Source: Vitrella brassicaformis CCMP3155
Taxonomy: Eukaryota; Protista; Chromerida
DNA length: 64,000 nucleotides
Assembly (NCBI GenBank): GCA_001179505.1
Contig: CDMY01000964.1
Location: 168,704 to 232,703, forward strand
Direction: 5' to 3'
Under the pieces are notes generated by a model that saw only the letters and a program-made list of their open reading frames with translations, searched no databases and had not been told where the DNA came from. Shown in pieces: positions 1 to 11,913 of the stretch. How positions within the stretch are numbered: the first letter of the stretch is position 1; the number at the start of each line of letters is the position of its first letter. Position numbers and translations under genes: made by a program.

Positions 1-1561
1 AGGATGTTGTTGATCTTGACAATGGTCGATATCATGTGCACATAGGCCAGGGGCAGCGGGCAAGTGATGGCCCTCAATATCACGGCGGCCCCGTCGCGCC
101 CCCGGGCTGCCGTGGCGTAGAGCGTGTTGACGATGGGCGGCCCGGGCAGTTTCTTCTGCTGGTCGAAATGGGCGATGATGGCAGTCACCCACGCCCAGAT
201 GCAGCACGGCACACGATACTCCACCTCTTCACGCAGGATGTCTTACGATGCACAGAGAGAGATGGGTACAGAGGAACACGGTGCAGCGCATTCTTACCGT
301 GTTCCTTTGCCGTTAGGAGTCTGCGATCGACGAGGTCGTCGAATCTCCCTTCGCTGCGGGACGAGAAGATGCACGCGAGCGATGCGCGGCCGTAGCGGAC
401 CACACTGCACACACCAAGAGAGCCAGAGAGAGAGATAGAGGTTGGATGTATTTGTGGTGCGCCTGTGAGTCAGCGACTTGTGTATGAGTCTTTTGTCCTG
501 TTCCGCCACGCCCCCGCCGTAGCTCTTGACATATGTGTTGAGTAGGAAGCTCAGCTGACACGTGGCACCCCATATCTGCCCAATGCCCTCGGTCCGGATG
601 TTCCACCTACACAACACAAACCACAGAGGCGGCCGACTGAATGAATGCGGCAAAGCGATTCGATTCACCATCTGCTGATGTTAAAGTTGGTGAAAAGTCC
701 CACGATGAAAGCTGTGAGCCCAGTCCATGATGTGTGTGTTCACGACGGACTCACCATCCATTGAAAATGGTGGACACATAACATACCGCTCATGGTGCAG
801 AGGAACGTGGCGACGGACTTGACGGCGTTGGACTTGTCCTCCAGCCCCTCGTTCTTGTCGCCAGCCACAGACAGGTACATCGTCACCACGAAGAACACTA
901 TGGCGTAGTACAAAGCAGCCTCTATCCTAAACACACACACCAAAGACACCAACACAGACAGCATCATGATGCACACAGACACACAGACAGACAGACACCC
1001 ACATACACACACACTCATCATTGCATTGCAATGCGTAGGCTCGCGGCGAGAGAGAAGGCCTCCCCCCTCCCCCCTCCCTGCCCCTACCCCTACCCCACCC
1101 ACAGCACACCGCACGCACACATTGCAGACACACTGGGGTACCAGATGTGTGGCGAGGTGAGTGCGGTGCCAGTGAATCAGAAGATGCCCCAGAATGAGGT
1201 GAGCTCCCCCAGCTCGTAGGGCCGGAACTCCTTCTCCTCGTCCGCACCCACATACGTCTCCTCCTCTTCCATCGGCTCAACACCGGGGGGCAGACCTGCA
1301 GGCACCAGATACATCCATCCCATCAAGCAATGCTTCCTCATTATATGCAGGGGTGCTGTTGTGTTAATTGTTGCACTGCACACCTGGAGGGGCAGCGGGA
1401 GGGGCCGTGTCACCGCCCTCCGTTGCAGTGGGTGGCTGCCCGGCTGCTGCAGCAGCGGCTGCTGCAGCAGCGGCTGCTGCAGCAGCGGCTGCTGCTGGGG
1501 GCTGCTGGGCTTGCTGCTCACCGCCTTGCAGTAGGGGCTTGTTCTCTTCGGGGGCCGACAT
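1..1561 (-). CDS. Bestrophin-family (RFP-TM-like) anion channel, multi-exon, 3' end outside window; in-frame TGA at codon 99
   Basis: Exons 1561-1384, 1295-1142, ~927-787, ~712-670, ~602-.. splice at GT-AG to MSAPEENKPLLQ..(polyAla)..ELTSFWGIF*FTGTALTSPHIWIEAALYYAIVFFVV..FLCTMSAFIVGLFTNFNISRWWNIRTEGIGQIWG. This resembles the bestrophin FxxGxxxxxxxxRWWxxR..G motif and N-terminal FRWxGS-like motif (recalled, not searched). Confidence 0.75.
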
Positions 1562-1695
1562 TTCGGAGAGAAGGGAGGGAAGGGAAAAATGCCCCCGATT
1601 CGGACGCTTTTGGGGCCAGCTCAACGGCCAGGTTCAATGAACAACAAACCGACCAAGCCAACCAAGGTCATACTATACATCGTCCGTCCGTCATA

Positions 1696-4600
1696 TTATA
1701 TCCATTTCTCATCGGGCCTGCCCGGGTCGCCGCTGACATGAATCCGATACATGCAGTAGTAGATGAACACACACATGCCCAGCATGTAACCCAGGCCGAT
1801 GTACTCGCTCCGCTGCCGAATCGCAAACTCGCGGTACTGCACCGGCAGCAGCACGCCGTCCTTGCCGTCGATCGACGAGGGGTTGTACGGTCGCTCTGTG
1901 TTGATGATCTCGTCCAGCTCGGAGCCACTCGTCAGTAACAAGGCGCCCTCGGGAGCACGCTGCACACAGAACAGACACAGAGAGAGAGCGGGGGATTTGC
2001 GTGTGTGGGTGTCTGTCTGTGTAGGTGTGTGTGGGGGAGGAGGGAGGGGGTTGGGTAGGTACCTGGTTGCGTGTCAGCAGGGGTGTGGTGCCGTGTATGA
2101 GCAGGCTCCTGACGGAGATCTCTTTCTGCTCCTTGTCCAACACGTCTCTGTAGCTCTTGTCGAGGAACTGGATCATGTCTTTGATGCGCAGAAACTTGGA
2201 CGCAGTCTTGCCCCTCTCTATCCCCCTGCACCAGACACACACATGGAGAGAGACAGAATGCCCGGCGGCGTAAGATGGCCGACCCGACGCACCTCCGGAT
2301 TTCTTCGTTCTTGGTTTGGAAGTAGTCCTTGTCAGTGACGATTCTCCTGGGGATGCGCAGGTCCTCGACCACCTTCTCCACAACCCCCTCCCGCCCCTTG
2401 CTGCGGAAACTGATGTAGATCCGCTCACGCGCCCACAGATCCTTCAAGATCGTGTTGGCCGTCTCCTACACACACACACAGACACACAATCGCATTTCCC
2501 TCCAGAGACCAACCGTGTGTGGACGTGTGTGGATGGGTTGGTGTGTGGGTGAGCTACTCGCCATGGCGTCGGGGATGTTGCTGGCAATAACCCCCTTGGG
2601 GCCGCGCTTCAGCCACCCCGCCACATAGAGGCCCCCGATAATCTGACGGAAGAAAAGAGAGAGAGAGAGAGAGAGAGGGAAGGTGTACGTGCGCACACAC
2701 GCGTCCACCCACACCCACACCCACACGCACCTGAAAAGGTGACTGGTAGGCGAGCTCAACTCGCCCCTCATGATGGCACACGCTGCCGTCCTCCTCTGAC
2801 AGTATCAGCCCCGGCACCGCGTCGTGCTTGAAGCCCACCGACTTGATGATAAGGTTGCTCTGGACATACTCAGGCTCGGCGTCGGGGCCATCCAATGGCA
2901 CGGCACGCTGCCGGCCTGGCTCTCCCTGAACACAGGACGCATCACACACACACACACACACAAACGAATGCATGAATGGATGGATAGATTTCTGTGAGCC
3001 CGTGGTGTGTCGTGGTTGTGGGCGGTGTGGCTGAGCTGACTTCTAGCCGGTTTCGCCTGAGTTCGATGCCATCGGCGCGCCATGGCTCTGCGGCGTGTGG
3101 GGTGATCCTTACGGGCGAGGTAAGAAACCGCAGCTGGATGATCTTTTTGTCGGTGATCTCGCGACGGTCCCACTGCACACACGCAGAGCAGATGAATAAG
3201 ATAAATGAATGCATCTATGCAGCCATATGCCTTGTCTGTCCAGACAGCCGCGGCGAAGTGGAGTGGGTACGTTCGTTACGTTTTTCATCATGGTTTCGAT
3301 GATGGGCATCATGCGCTGTTTGCCCCTGTTGCCCTCCATCTCCTTCTTTGACGCGTCGTTCATGTTCGCCTCGTACTCCTGCACCCACTCATCCATCCAT
3401 CCATCCATGTGTGGCAACCCACCCAACCAGGGCAGGGCACACTCATGGTGCCTGCCGTGCTTTGCTGACCGCTGGATCAACAATGGGCAGAACACCGTCA
3501 AGCTGAGTCAGCTGCACACACAACACACACAGACAGGAAGGAGGGCCTCTCTTGACCCCGGAGCAAGGTACTGGTAGTGTTGTGTACTCCCGCCCGCAGC
3601 GCACGGACACATCACATACCTCTCTGAGCTCCTTGTTGGTCCACGCGGCCTGCACCACGCCCCGCCTGCCAACGACGTGCACCCACCGGATGGCACTCTG
3701 GCGCAAAGCGCTCTCGGCCAAGTCGCTGATGTCCGTCTTTTCCAACTCCTACCGCACACACATACACACGGATGGATGGATGGATGTCGATGTGCTGTGG
3801 TGTGTGCACACACCGAGATTTTCCTGGTGAGGACGCGGGCGCAGTCGAGAGCCACGTTGCCGTGCCTGCACACACATGGATGGAGTGGATGGATGGATGG
3901 TATGTGCACGCCACGCCCATCATGACTGACTTACCCGATGACGACGGCCTCTTCGCTCGAGGTGAGGTCAGGCTGCACTGAGAAGGCCTCGGGGTGACCG
4001 TTGTACCAAAACACGAACCGACGGGCGGACAAGACGCCTGACATAAGATAGATAAGGGAGGGCAGCACAGCACAGCACATGTGTGTGTGACGGCACGGGC
4101 CTGTCTGTCTGTGTGTATGTATGTGTCTGTTCCTGACCTTCCAGATCCTCGCCGTCCAGGCCGAGCATTTTGTCCTCTGCCAGACAGACAGACAGACAGA
4201 CAGAAAGCACACACATGGGACACACCAGAGAACCCATGCGTACAGGTGAGGCTCTCTCTCTGTGTGTCTGCTGTGCTCGTCCGCTTTGCGTACTTTGGCA
4301 GCCGTAAGCGAGCACGACGACGTGGTACCACTCCCTCAGCTGGTTGATGCCCACCTCCTTTTGCTGCACTCATCCACCCATCCATCCATTCACCGCACCA
4401 AACCAAGCACACACACATACAGACGGCATTACGCATCAACGCGCGTGTCCAAATGTGTGCCCGTCCATTTCCGTGTTCCGCGGACCAATTCAATGTTGCC
4501 AAAATACCGCACACGCGGATTGTTCATCACCTGGCGGAAGGATGCACACACACACACACAGACACACAGACACACAGACACTGATTGCCTGGCTGGCTGG

Positions 4601-5241
4601 CCGGCATACACACCCACCTCTTCGAAGTCGTTCATGACGTTTTTGACCTCTGGGTGGTCTGGCGCCACGCCATACCTCACCAAACCGCCAGGCATCGGCA
4701 GCTTCTCGATGATGTCAATCTAGAACACAGACACACAGACAGACAGACGCAGATCTGTTTGGTGGCTAGCCGGCTGGGCTCATCGTCCTCCTTCACTCAC
4801 TGACTCACTCACTGACCTGCATCATTTCCTCCTTCTTGAGCAGGTACTTGGCCGTGTAGAACCCCGCCGGCCTGCAGACAATGCCAAACAAACAAACATG
4901 ACCGGAACGAATCAATCAATCAATCAGCCAAATGAATGAGGCTCTCTCTGTCTGGGTAGGTGTAGGTGTGTGTGTTTCTCTTCTCTCTCTCACCCAGCGC
5001 CGACGATGCAGACATTGTAGTCGTCCCACCTAAAGCTGCCCTCCCGCACCTCATCCTCCCACGGCAACACCGTCTGGCGCGGCTGCGGCTCGGACGGCGG
5101 CTGATGCTTCTCCTGGAAGTGCTGCAGCTGGGAGAACCGCCGCACACGAGAGATGAATGGCCGGGGAGGAGGGACGGGCGGCGCAGATGGAAGGCTGCAC
5201 AGTGGCAGGACGGGCCTCGCGCGTGTCACCGAACGCCACAT
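1696..5241 (-). CDS. FDXR: NADPH:adrenodoxin/ferredoxin oxidoreductase (mitochondrial type) with C-terminal membrane extension
   Basis: Exons give [18 protein letters not shown] (FAD-binding), [33 protein letters not shown] (NADP-binding), [25 protein letters not shown]. The Arg/Ser-rich N-terminus [10 protein letters not shown] is consistent with a mitochondrial presequence. Confidence 0.92.
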
Positions 5242-5445
5242 TGCTTCTGCGAATCACGCGAAAGCAGCAGCGGTTTCAGGGAGCACCGAAAGGTTTGCAA
5301 GCTCAAACTCTGAGCTAAGCTCGCAGATACAGGAAGGGGAAAATGCAGCGGGGCGGCTAATGTGAGGCGCGTACGCCCTGCCGGAAGACGGTGATTCATT
5401 TCCAGTCACTCCCGATGAGAGATCAGCAAAACAGCTGTTTGTGAG
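5242..5445. promoter_or_regulatory. Short bidirectional promoter (FDXR/TMEM234) containing AAGCTCGC
   Basis: About 200 bp between divergent ATGs; AAGCTCGC at 5317-5324. The same 8-mer recurs in other divergent intergenics. Confidence 0.5.
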
Positions 5446-6015
5446 ATGAGGGCGGCGTTCCTGCTGGTGGGTGCCCTATGGGGCGTCACGTCACCCTTCC
5501 TGCGGTGCAATGATGCACACGACACCAGCCCGCAAGAAGACAACATTCTCAAGAGCACGATGAGGCTGCTCACAAACACAAAGGTGGGATAGTCGTACGT
5601 AACGTGTATCTGTATGTGTGTCTGTGTTTGTCTGTTCATTCAGTTCATCGTGCCATATCTGCTGAACCAGGTGGGCAGTGTGCTCTACTACTTCCTACTG
5701 AGAGACTACGGTCAGCACCACAGACAGAATCCCAACACTGGTGTGTGCCATGCATTCACACTTGTGTGCGTGTGTGTGCAGAGTTGTCCGTGGCTGTGCC
5801 GCTGGCCAACAGTCTTTCCTTTCTGTTCACGTGCATCACTGAGGTCTGCCTTGACACACAGCTCGTGCAGACATTCACTGACCCAGGTAGGTCCGCAGAG
5901 CACAGAGCAGAGCAGAGCAGCCACTCATGTGCGTGTTGTACTGCTTGTATGTTCAGTCGGTCTTGTTGGCGCATTGTTGATCGTCACGGGAGCTGCCGTG
6001 TGTCTGCAAACCTGA
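5446..6015 (+). CDS. TMEM234: TMEM234/UPF0546-family small membrane protein
   Basis: Spliced product MRAAFLLVGALWGVTSPFLR..K|FIVPYLLNQVGSVLYYFLLRDY|ELSVAVPLANSLSFLFT..|VGLVGALLIVTGAAVCLQT*. The LVxALWGxT and PxLLNQxGSxLYY motifs are characteristic of the family. Confidence 0.85.
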
Positions 6016-6048
6016 CGGCCGCCGGCTTAGCTGCGCTGACTGATTGGA

Positions 6049-7106
6049 TTGGTGCCGATCTATGGCGTATTCGCTGCCCGTGGAGCTGTGGCGTGTGCGT
6101 GTCGTGGCATGCCTCCCCCTGCCCGATGCGGCACTCTCCGCAGCACCTCTTGGGCCCTCGGCACATCCATCGTCAATGTAGCTCTGCTGCTGGAGCGCAT
6201 CGACGCCCTCCTCGCCCGCCAGCTCACCGGTGTCATCGGTGTCGACCGCACTTATGCACCCCTCCCGCCCACCAGCCTTCTCGCCTTGGGGGTGCGTTTG
6301 GCGACCTCCTTGTTGCGGTGCTACGTTTGTACAGTCACTTTGCGCGTCGACTGAGGCTCTTACTGCCGCCGCCTCTGAGCGGCTTCAGCTACTTGATGCG
6401 GGCGGCGTATGTGCTGGAGCAGGGCAGCAACGAGTGGCGGGCGACGGGGTGGTTCATCCGCTTGGCTGTCGTCTGTCGGCTGACACCTGCCACCGGGCTG
6501 CCTCTGGTGCTGTCGGCTGATTTGGTATGCCCATCTGCAGAGCAAGGCGGCCTTTCACTGATTGCCTTTCGCCATGGCCATCTACAGCCTATTCGGTCAC
6601 CTACTGAGCTACCTGGGGGCCAGCCTTAGCCTCGCCGTGCGGCAAGGCGGCAGCGGGGCTTGCCGGGTCGGAAAGAGTGACTGGTTTTTGTGCTTCCGTT
6701 AGGTCATCTCATCGTCATTCCTGCTGACCATAGTGTGTGCCAGGTGGTCGGGTGAAGTGCCGCAGAAAAGACCGGTGCTGGAAGCATCCATCGGCCGTGA
6801 CGACAGCCGTCACCGCTCTCTGCTGACGGCCGAGGACATTCGGGAGAATGATCGTGGCATCGTTGTGACTATCGAGGTGACTATCGTGATGTGATTCTGA
6901 GTGGCTACCGGCCCAACGAGACGATTGCCGCCGGTTTGCGTGTGGGGGAAGGCTTCATGTCGCTGCTCACGACCGAGCCACCTGCCGCTGATCGGTCCCA
7001 GCCGCTCGCCGTCCGCTTTCCGGTGTCAATGCCCCTGTGGCGGCGTGTGCTGCGGCCATTCAAGCTGGAGAGCGATGTCATTGAGAGGGGAGAGGTGCTG
7101 CGGTGA
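6049..7106 (+). pseudogene. Intronless, frameshifted copy of an uncharacterised lineage-specific gene family
   Basis: A microsatellite-free ~1.1-kb block. Protein-like segments (IVNVALLLERIDALLARQ; VLEQGSNEWRATGWFIRLA; AMAIYSLFGHLLSY; DVILSGYRPNETIAAGLRV..FPVSMPLWRRVLRPFKLESDVIERG) lie in different frames with stops between them. Confidence 0.5.
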
Positions 7107-7389
7107 GTGGTGGTTGCCGATAGTAGCTGGCTTCGCGTCTGAGAGAGAGCATCTGCTCAATCGGACTCGTTTGCGATGTGTGAGAGAGACTGCGTTATAT
7201 GTTTCATTGCTCAACGCTTCGCTAAGTACGGCTTGCTGGCTTGGGGGCAATGTATTACATTGGACAGTACGTCGTCCAGACCAGAGGCACATATCGAAAC
7301 TCGTTGCTTCGTATGCATCACGTGATGCACATGCCGTCTGAATATAAAATGTAGTCAGCGATGACTGACTGTTGATACCATGCATCTTC

Positions 7390-9545
7390 TCAGTGTCTGT
7401 GCTCGGAGTGTTGAGGACATACTCGAAACCTTGAAGCCCCTTGACCCGACACGAACGCAGCAGCAGCAACACCAGCGGCCAGCAGCAGTGCGCTGGTGTT
7501 GTTGCGGTCGCTGCATTGGTGTGTGTCGCTCCAGTCGTGAGAGGCAGCTTGGACAGGCACAACAGGACGACACGAAGCAAAGCGAGAGCAGAGAGTGGAG
7601 AGGGCGGGAGAGAAGTGGAAAAGGTGCATGAATGGCACTGGACGTCCTGGTCTTTCGAAGAACACTGCATCCGTGAATTCAAGCAGACAGAGACCCCAAA
7701 CACAACACACAGACACACGTCCGCCATGCGAGATTCCTACACGCACACAGCAAAAAAGAAACACAAAGAGAGACGCATGGCAGACAGGAAGGCCCATGCA
7801 TTTCCACACTCACCTGCTTGTCGTGCGTGTATGTGGGGTGGCGGGTTCACATGCCGAGCGACTCTGAACTCGTTCCGGCCGCTGTTGTGGTGGTATGCTG
7901 GTGGTCCAGCTGTAGTATGCATTCATAGGGACAGATGGTTGTGTGTATATGCCCATGTGACCAGCCACCTACCGGTGCCGTCTTGCAACCGTCTCGAACA
8001 GTGATAGTGAATGTCGTCTCACCCTAACACACACGGCATGGGTGTAGATCGTCTCTCTCTCTCTCTCTCTCTTTGCTCTCCTACCTTGGCCTCGTCATGG
8101 TGCACTGTTGCTGCGAGCAAGTCCGTACCATCTCCATCAGACATAGCCTCTAAGTGAGTGAATTGAATGTGTAGACAGACCGTTAAACTAGTTGAACACC
8201 CACCTGGTTGTGGTGTGTTTGTGTTGCTAAGGGGATTAAGAATGTGGCGCCGGCTGCTGTAGTGGTGGTGCTCTGGTGCTCCATAGCAGCTGCAATCTCC
8301 ATGGATAAGGACAGATGGCTGTGTGTGTATGCCCATATGACCCAGCCAGCTACCGGTGCCGTCTTGTCATCCCGAATCGTGACGTGAAGTGTGGTCTCGC
8401 CCTGCACACACAGAGACGTACTTGGGTGTAGACTGCTTGCTGGTCTGCCTTTGTGTCCGTCTCGCTCTCTCTCTTTGCTGACCTACCTTTGTCTCGTCCC
8501 GCTCCGTGGAAGTGTGTATGACTTCATCGATCTCAAGTTGCTCGACCATGGCTTCCAACGCCTTCACCTTCAAACACATTCGAATGAACCGTCAGATCAA
8601 TGTGGTGAGGTAGGGAGAGAGGGACGTACTATCTTCTCAGCCGTAGTGCGAGTGTGTGGTGGAGTGTTAACGATGCCCACGGTGGTGGTGCCGCCCAGCT
8701 CGGGGTCGACCGGCTGAGCGGTCATCATCCCCGTCAGGAACAGGTGACGACCGATCACCTGGAACTGCACGAACACAGACACACACACACACACACACAC
8801 AGACAGACAGAGAGAGGGAGAGGAAGGAAAGTGGTGGACAACTGTTTGTGGGTGTGTGGGTAGGGGTGGGGGGGGGGCTGACCCTGAGTTGCCCCATGGC
8901 CTTCCTGACGGCACAGTTGAGATACTGGATGTTCTCCTGGTCCAGCGCACCCTCTGTTGCAGACACACATTGATGGACGAAGGGACAGCAACAAGAGAGG
9001 GACACACACAGAGAGAAAGAGACGTGTACCCACGTGTGTGCGTTATCTCCCCCATTCTCCCCTGCCCTGCCCTCCGTACGCATGTCGATGGTATGCCTGG
9101 CGATGAAGTTGATCGTCTGAGGCGCCCCCGTCTGCAGTCCAAGAGACACAATGACCGACACACACACACACACAGATCCTCCCATCCCCTCCCAGCCCCC
9201 AACCCCACCCCCACACCCCGCACTCACGTCAGTGGTTTGTGGGAGCGTCACGGAAGCCGTGTGGTTCGGCTGTATGTTGGTGTCGACCTTGCCAAACGTG
9301 TTCATGCCCTGGTACAGCAGCGCACCCCCAAACGCATTCAAACTCTGCAATATCTGACATGAGAAAAGCGGGAACACACCAGGGCAAAAAAGGCCCCCCG
9401 CCCGGCCGGACCATGCATCTTCTTGTGCGGAGAGATCCCCCACTGGCCATCATCTGTGTTGTACCTGCTCAGTGTTTCGGTAGATCAGCGCCCGCTGCGG
9501 CCCGAGGGCGTTCACGGGCGGGTCAAACTCTGCACCACAACCACC
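7390..9545 (-). CDS. Hypothetical multi-exon protein; N-terminal part resembles the Piwi/Argonaute N domain, followed by duplicated exon modules
   Basis: GT-AG exons with consistent phases: EFDPPVNALGPQRALIYRNTEQ|ILQSLNAFGGALLYQGMNTFGK..|TGAPQTINFIARHTIDM|QGALDQENIQYLNCAVRKAMGQLR|FQVIGRHLFLTG..|VKALEAMVEQLE... Start codon and 3' end unresolved. The family call is pattern recognition only. Confidence 0.5.
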
Positions 9546-9988
9546 ACAACCCCACACAAACGCAGCGCAATACGGCGCGTATGGAGACCTTCTCAACGAC
9601 TTATCCTACGGGATGCCGACTAAAGGGGAGGCAACAGCTCCAGTGACTTCGTGTGTGCTGCCTACCGGAGCCTGCAGGCGCCTGTTCCGGACTTGCCCGG
9701 CTATATTTGTGATATCATTGGGGCTGTTCCTATACCTGTAGACAGCGTTCACCTCAGCGGGTTCCAAGCGATACCAAGGCACAAGGATGGGTGGTTGAAA
9801 GCCGGCATTCAAGAGCACCCGCCGCGCCAGCAGTCTCTTTCGAATACAGAACAACAGGCGTGAGGGGCTCTTTACAGGCGAAGGAAAGTGCGTGAAATGC
9901 GTTTGACCCAATCGAGACAGCGTCGCAGAATTCTCGCCGCCCGTAAATCCTTCGGCGTGAATCCTTCGGCCTCCCCTTCGTCTACAGA

Positions 9989-11913
9989 ATGGACGACGAT
10001 GAGTGGGATGGTGGGGACACTGCTGGTGGCGTAGAGTCGGATTTGTCGCGAGCGACGCTGGCGGGCCGCAACTGGCGACAAATGGACCACCTCAAGGGCA
10101 AGGAGGTCTTCGTAGGTACGCAGGTGATCAAATGGATGGGTGGATGGATGGATGGATGGATCCATCACACACGCAGCAGGGCGGAAAGCAACCACACCAT
10201 CCACACGCACACAGCTGGACGGGGTGTGCTGGTGTGCGCATCCATCCATCAGGTGTGGATGAGGCGGGCAGGGGTCCTGTGTTGGGTCCGATGGTGTACT
10301 CGGCGTTCTTCTGCCTCACAGGCAGCGAGCAGCGCCTCAAAGACCTCAGAGTAGATGGTACGCTACGCTATCCACATCGATCACATTGGATGGATGCAAT
10401 TGGGTGGATGCATCTGTGTACTCTACGTGTCTGTCTGTGTGCCTATAGATTCCAAGAAGCTGACAGAGGCGGACCGTGAGCGCATATTTGGGGAGTTCCA
10501 CACAGACGATATGCAGCACCACCACTGCGGGTGGGTGCGGCACACAAGACGCGGCCATTCCTGTGTATCTGTGTGTGTGTGTGTGTGTGTGTGAATGGGT
10601 TGTGTCGTGTTGCTATGTACCATGCGGTGCAGGTGGCTCGTCCGCCCACTGTGGCCGCAATATCTGAGCGCCAAACAGCTGTCCAAAACGTATGTACCAC
10701 CGAGAAACGAAACACACACATGGATGGATGGAGAAAGGGCTCTGTGTGGGTGTGGGTGTGGGTGTGTATACTACCTGCAGGTGTCACATGAACTTGAATG
10801 AGTTGTCCAAGGGCACCGTGATGGACATGCTGCAGGAGGCACTCGACGCCGGACTGGAGATCAAACACGTAACGTACACACGCACTCGTCAAGTACGGCC
10901 ATGGCCGACCCGACCCGGACACAATGGATGGATGGATGAATGGATGGATGGATGTGCGTCTGTCTGTCTGTCTGTCTGTGTGCAGGTGTATGTTGACACG
11001 GTGGGCCATGCGGTAGCGTACCAGAAGCAGCTCACCGCCAGGTTCCCGTCTCTGCACGGAAATATCACGGTAGGTACACACGCAGAGAAGAGAGAGGCCA
11101 CGCCACAGACACATCCGTTTGCCTTTCTTGCCACCCACTCACTCTTTGGTGCATTCATGTCATGGATCGGACGCCTGCAGGTGACCGACAAGGCCGACTC
11201 AAAATATGTGGTGGTCGGTGCTGCGTCCATCGCTGCCAAGGTGCGCGTGTGTGAGGGTGTGTGGGTGTGGCCGGCCACATGCCATGCCTCCTCACGCGCA
11301 CATTACTACCCCCAATGCCACACAGGTGTCTCGCGATCTGCTACTGCGCCATTGGGTGCCGGAGGAGCCTTCCAAGCGAGACGGGGACGGTGAGTATGGC
11401 TCTGGCTACCCTGGGGACAGCACCACCAAACAGTGGCTGCAGGACAACTACCACCCGGTGCGCGTGCGCTTTGGTGTGTGTGTGGGTGGGGGGAGGGATG
11501 GATGGATGTGTGTGTGGATGTGTGTGTGTTTAGGTGTTCGGCTTCCCCAGCCTGGCGCGTTTCTCATGGGGCACGGTGCAGAAGCTGCTGGAGGACAACA
11601 ACGGCCCCGCACTTGAATGGTCCATCCCACCCACCCACCACCCCTCGTGTGTGTGTGTGTGTGTCCATCTCTCTCTCTCTCTCTCTCCGTATGTGTGTGT
11701 GTGTGTGTGTGTAGGTGTGACGACCAGGATGATGAAGACCCCTCCCAGACACACATGACGCAGTTCCTCATATCCGCACCGCAGGACAAGAAGAACACAA
11801 GCCAGACCAAGAAGGGGCCCAAGAGGGGTCCCAGGGGTGGGGGAGAGGTGATGAAGCGCAGCGGGTTCTTCACTGCACGGCACATGAGCATCGTTACAGA
11901 CAGTGAGTGGTGA
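9989..11913 (+). CDS. RNASEH2A: Ribonuclease H2 catalytic subunit A
   Basis: GVDEAGRGPVLGPMVY, DSKKL, VYVDTVG, KADSKYVVVGAASIAAKV, GSGYPGD, FGFPSLARFSW motifs in consecutive exons. Confidence 0.96.

Noticed and set aside
1177-1179. Selenocysteine reading of the bestrophin TGA
   Set aside because: The position aligns with a basic residue rather than Cys, and the 3' UTR where a SECIS would lie is outside the window.
1437-1500. GCAGCGGCTGCT-type repeats as a separate element
   Set aside because: Simply a poly-Ala coding tract in bestrophin exon 1; similar tracts occur in the MATH-BTB gene.
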